From a virus: a stretch of DNA of 64,000 nucleotides. The notes below the pieces were generated by a model. That model was given only the letters and a program-made list of their open reading frames with translations. It was not told where the DNA came from and made no database searches. Numbering within the stretch: position 1 is the first letter of the stretch; every line of letters starts with the position of its first letter. The stretch lies in the IMG/VR virus record IMGVR_UViG_3300044899_000017, positions 1-64,000 of that record. One strand, 5' to 3'. The position numbers were made by a program, and so were the translations under genes. Shown here piece by piece: positions 61,760-64,000 of the stretch.

Positions 61760-62536
61760 ATGTCCACACTTACCGCAGTCCCCGCAGCCGCCGCCATCGC
61801 GCCGGCGCCGCCGCAGCCGCAGGTCGCCGATCCCATCGCGCCGTTCATCGCGCCGCACCTGCTCGTGACGACCGCGCACCCGTCGCTGCTTCAGCATCCC
61901 GACCCGGACACGGACGCGCCGGTGCATCGCCATCTCGGCCGTCTGCTGCAACCGCGGCACACGTCAAGCGTCGAGGCGACCGCCGCGGCCGGCATCCCGT
62001 GGGCCTGCGATAACGACTGCTTTCAGGGCCTCGACGAGAAGGCATTCGTGCGGATGATCGACCGCATGGTGGGCCTGCCCGGCTGCCGGTTCGTGACGGT
62101 GCCCGACGTGGTGGCCGACGCGCGCGCCACGGCGAAGCAGTTCGAGACGTGGGCGCCGGCGCTCGAACGCCGCGGCCTCCCGCTCGCGCTCGTGCTTCAG
62201 AACGGCATCGACGCGCCCGACCTTCAGGGGTGGCTCGCGTTCACGTGGCACCGGCTCGACGCGGTGTTCATCGGCGGCGACGACGACTTCAAGCTCGGAC
62301 CGCTCGCGGCCGAGCTGGCGCGCGACGCGAAGGCGCACGGCCTGCACGTTCACTGGGGCCGCGTGAACTCGCGCAAGCGGATGAAGCACTGCATCGAGAC
62401 GGGCGCGTGCGACTCGCTCGACGGCTCGATGTGGGCGCGCTTCCGAAAGACGCATCTCGATAAGGGGCTGCGGTGGCTCGGCGAGCTGTCGTCGGAGCCG
62501 ATGCTGCCGTTCGAGCTGGCGGTCGCCGCGGCCTAG
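61760..62536 (+). CDS. TGT/DpdA-like TIM-barrel protein (candidate DNA base-exchange enzyme)
   Basis: WACDNDCF, VPDVV, LVLQNG, FIGG, VHWGRVN, DSLDGS motifs in TGT-like order. Confidence 0.55.
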   Translation: MSTLTAVPAAAAIAPAPPQPQVADPIAPFIAPHLLVTTAHPSLLQHPDPDTDAPVHRHLGRLLQPRHTSSVEATAAAGIPWACDNDCFQGLDEKAFVRMIDRMVGLPGCRFVTVPDVVADARATAKQFETWAPALERRGLPLALVLQNGIDAPDLQGWLAFTWHRLDAVFIGGDDDFKLGPLAAELARDAKAHGLHVHWGRVNSRKRMKHCIETGACDSLDGSMWARFRKTHLDKGLRWLGELSSEPMLPFELAVAAA

Positions 62537-62581
62537 CCGCCGGCGACACGGGCCTCGTGCCCGAGGAGGTAGGGAAGCATC

Positions 62582-62610
62582 CGCGGCGCCTTCGGGCGCC
62601 GCGATTCGTT
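62582..62610 (+). terminator. intrinsic terminator
   Basis: CGCGGCGCC-TTCG-GGCGCCGCG then ATTCGTT. Confidence 0.85.
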
Positions 62611-62628
62611 CCGGGCCTCGCGTGCCGC

Positions 62629-62685
62629 CGATAACTCTGTTATCGTGCCGTGTGTACCCGAGCTGCACGACCTGAGGAGGTCGCG
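62629..62685 (+). promoter_or_regulatory. early promoter/5'UTR cassette copy 10
   Basis: CGATAACTCTGTTATCGT, TACCCGAGCTGCACGA at 62655, GAGGAGG, ATG 62686. Confidence 0.9.
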
Positions 62686-63741
62686 ATGTCCACCACCACT
62701 AGCACTTCCCACACGTACGCGGTAGGCGACCGCGTTCGCATCCTGAAGCCGGGCGAGGAGGGCGAGGGGCAGATCACCTTCGTCTCCGACGACGGCGCGC
62801 CGGCGAGCCTCGAAGTCTCCCGGCACTTCGCCGGCGGGCTGTGGCTGCGACCCGATCAGGTCGAGCTGATCACGCCGGCGCCCGAGGTTCAGAAGACGGA
62901 GGCCGGCGAAGACGGCATCCGCGCGGAGAAGGTGCTGATCACGGAGCGGAACGCCGGCGGGCAGTGCGTGCGCGAGGTCGTGGTCGAGCGGATCACGGAG
63001 GACGGCTCGATCCGGCAGACGACGGTCCGCGAGGTCGAGTACGACACGGAGACGGCGACCGCGAAGTGGGAGACGCCGCGCGCTGTCTCGCCGGACCGCG
63101 CGACCGCGTACATCGAGGAGTGCTACGAGCGCGAGCTGCTGACGCGGCCCGGGGAGGAGCTGATCATGCCGACGATGTTCGACGAGATTCGGAGCCGTCA
63201 CGCGACGGAGCAGGACGCGGCGCGCGAGCTGGGCCGCGGGCTGATGCGCGGCGACCGCGCCAGCTTCAAGCTCGGGTGGTCGTGGGAGAACTCGGCGCTC
63301 GCCGCCATCGACGCGTACACGCTCGACGACGACGACATCGCGGAGCTGCGCTGCTACCTGCTCGGCTATGCGGTCGGGCTGTCCGCCGGCGGCGGCGACG
63401 AGATGGGCGAGCGGATGCTCGCGCGGCTGCCGCAGCCGGAGGAGTTCCGCGCGGCGTACACGACCGGGAAGCACGACGGCCGGCAGGAGCAGGTCGGCGT
63501 GACCTACCCGGACGTGATCGAGACGGCCGCGGCGCGGCGCCAGCGCGAGCGCGAAGAGCTGCTGACGATGCGCGAGTGCGGCTGCGGCGCGACGACGGAG
63601 GGCGAATGCTGCGCCGCGGTGGAGGGCTACTTCACGTCGCTCGGGCAGCGCTCCGAACACGAGCTGCGCGAGCTGCACGAGGGCGACGGCTGCGAGGCCG
63701 CGCGCATCCTCCTCGTGAAGCGCGCGGGGCGGGACTCCTAA
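62686..63741 (+). CDS. hypothetical protein (N-terminal KOW/SH3-like)
   Basis: YAVGDRVRIL..G.EG.I; SD. Confidence 0.8.
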   Translation: MSTTTSTSHTYAVGDRVRILKPGEEGEGQITFVSDDGAPASLEVSRHFAGGLWLRPDQVELITPAPEVQKTEAGEDGIRAEKVLITERNAGGQCVREVVVERITEDGSIRQTTVREVEYDTETATAKWETPRAVSPDRATAYIEECYERELLTRPGEELIMPTMFDEIRSRHATEQDAARELGRGLMRGDRASFKLGWSWENSALAAIDAYTLDDDDIAELRCYLLGYAVGLSAGGGDEMGERMLARLPQPEEFRAAYTTGKHDGRQEQVGVTYPDVIETAAARRQREREELLTMRECGCGATTEGECCAAVEGYFTSLGQRSEHELRELHEGDGCEAARILLVKRAGRDS

Positions 63742-63813
63742 CGAAACTTCGGCTCGGGTACAGCGACCGAAGGCGTGACCGGCCGGCTCCTCGTGGCCGG
63801 CCGGTCCGCAGCC

Positions 63814-63856
63814 TAAGATCGCGCCACCCGAGCTGTAGGAATCCGAGGATCGAGCG
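63814..63856 (+). promoter_or_regulatory. cassette copy 11 (-10 and box, no palindrome)
   Basis: TAAGAT-N6-ACCCGAGCTGTAGGA...GAGGA-ATG 63857. Confidence 0.65.
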
Positions 63857-64000
63857 ATGGCCGACGAGAAGACACTCGAAGAGGAGCAGGCGAAGCTAGC
63901 CGAGCTGGCGCGCCGCGCCGAGGAGTTGCGCGCCGCGGAGACGGGCACGGACCTCGTGCCCGTCGGCGGGCAGTCGCCGGAGGCCGCGAAGCGCGAGATG
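63857..64000 (+). CDS. hypothetical protein, truncated by window end
   Basis: MADEKTLEEEQAKLAELARR... open to end. Confidence 0.7.
   Translation, partial: MADEKTLEEEQAKLAELARRAEELRAAETGTDLVPVGGQSPEAAKREM

Noticed and set aside
4140-62662. CGATAAC-N3-GTTATCG repeats as a CRISPR array or integron attC sites
   Set aside because: They are dispersed kilobases apart with no regular spacers, no cas operon or integron integrase is present, and each is tied to an SD and start codon.
1-64000. Prophage boundaries, att sites or host flanking genes
   Set aside because: No integrase, tRNA or housekeeping operon in the window; lifestyle cannot be determined.

Overview
This window is a very GC-rich (roughly 70-75% by eye) segment of a tailed dsDNA phage genome with a contractile tail. 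Essentially all real genes are on the + strand. The mIHF gene points to an Actinomycetota host, probably Thermoleophilia/Solirubrobacterales. Layout: (i) 1-14.8 kb, small accessory/early genes (Zn-ribbon proteins, SEC-C protein, stand-alone DnaE-CTD-like protein, mIHF, DnaQ-like exonuclease). (ii) 14.9-46.9 kb, virion and lysis module (portal, MuF-like head protein with C-terminal HExxH domain, protease/scaffold, capsid, neck, sheath, tube, frameshifted chaperone, multi-enzyme tape measure, Xkd-type baseplate, fibre, endolysin, holin). (iii) 47.1-64 kb, recombination/replication and accessory genes (RecT/Bet-like, PD-(D/E)xK nuclease, initiator with iterons, DnaC-like, RusA, HerA-like ATPase, Ku, TerS-like, TGT/DpdA-like). 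I could not recognise a large terminase, integrase, tRNA or CRISPR array. The most striking signal is non-coding. Eleven early-region genes share a promoter/5'UTR cassette: CGATAAC-N3-GTTATCG palindrome overlapping a TATCGT -10, then a (T/C)ACCCGAG box, then the SD (one copy lacks the palindrome). Structural genes instead use GGNNTC-N16-TANNNT promoters that give leaderless mRNAs. One promoter of this late type drives a complete ~97-nt small RNA gene (about 46965-47062) whose unpaired 19-nt core is complementary to the box plus SD of the early leaders. This is a candidate phage-encoded, multi-target antisense early-to-late translational switch. All family assignments are from motif recognition only; no database search was run.
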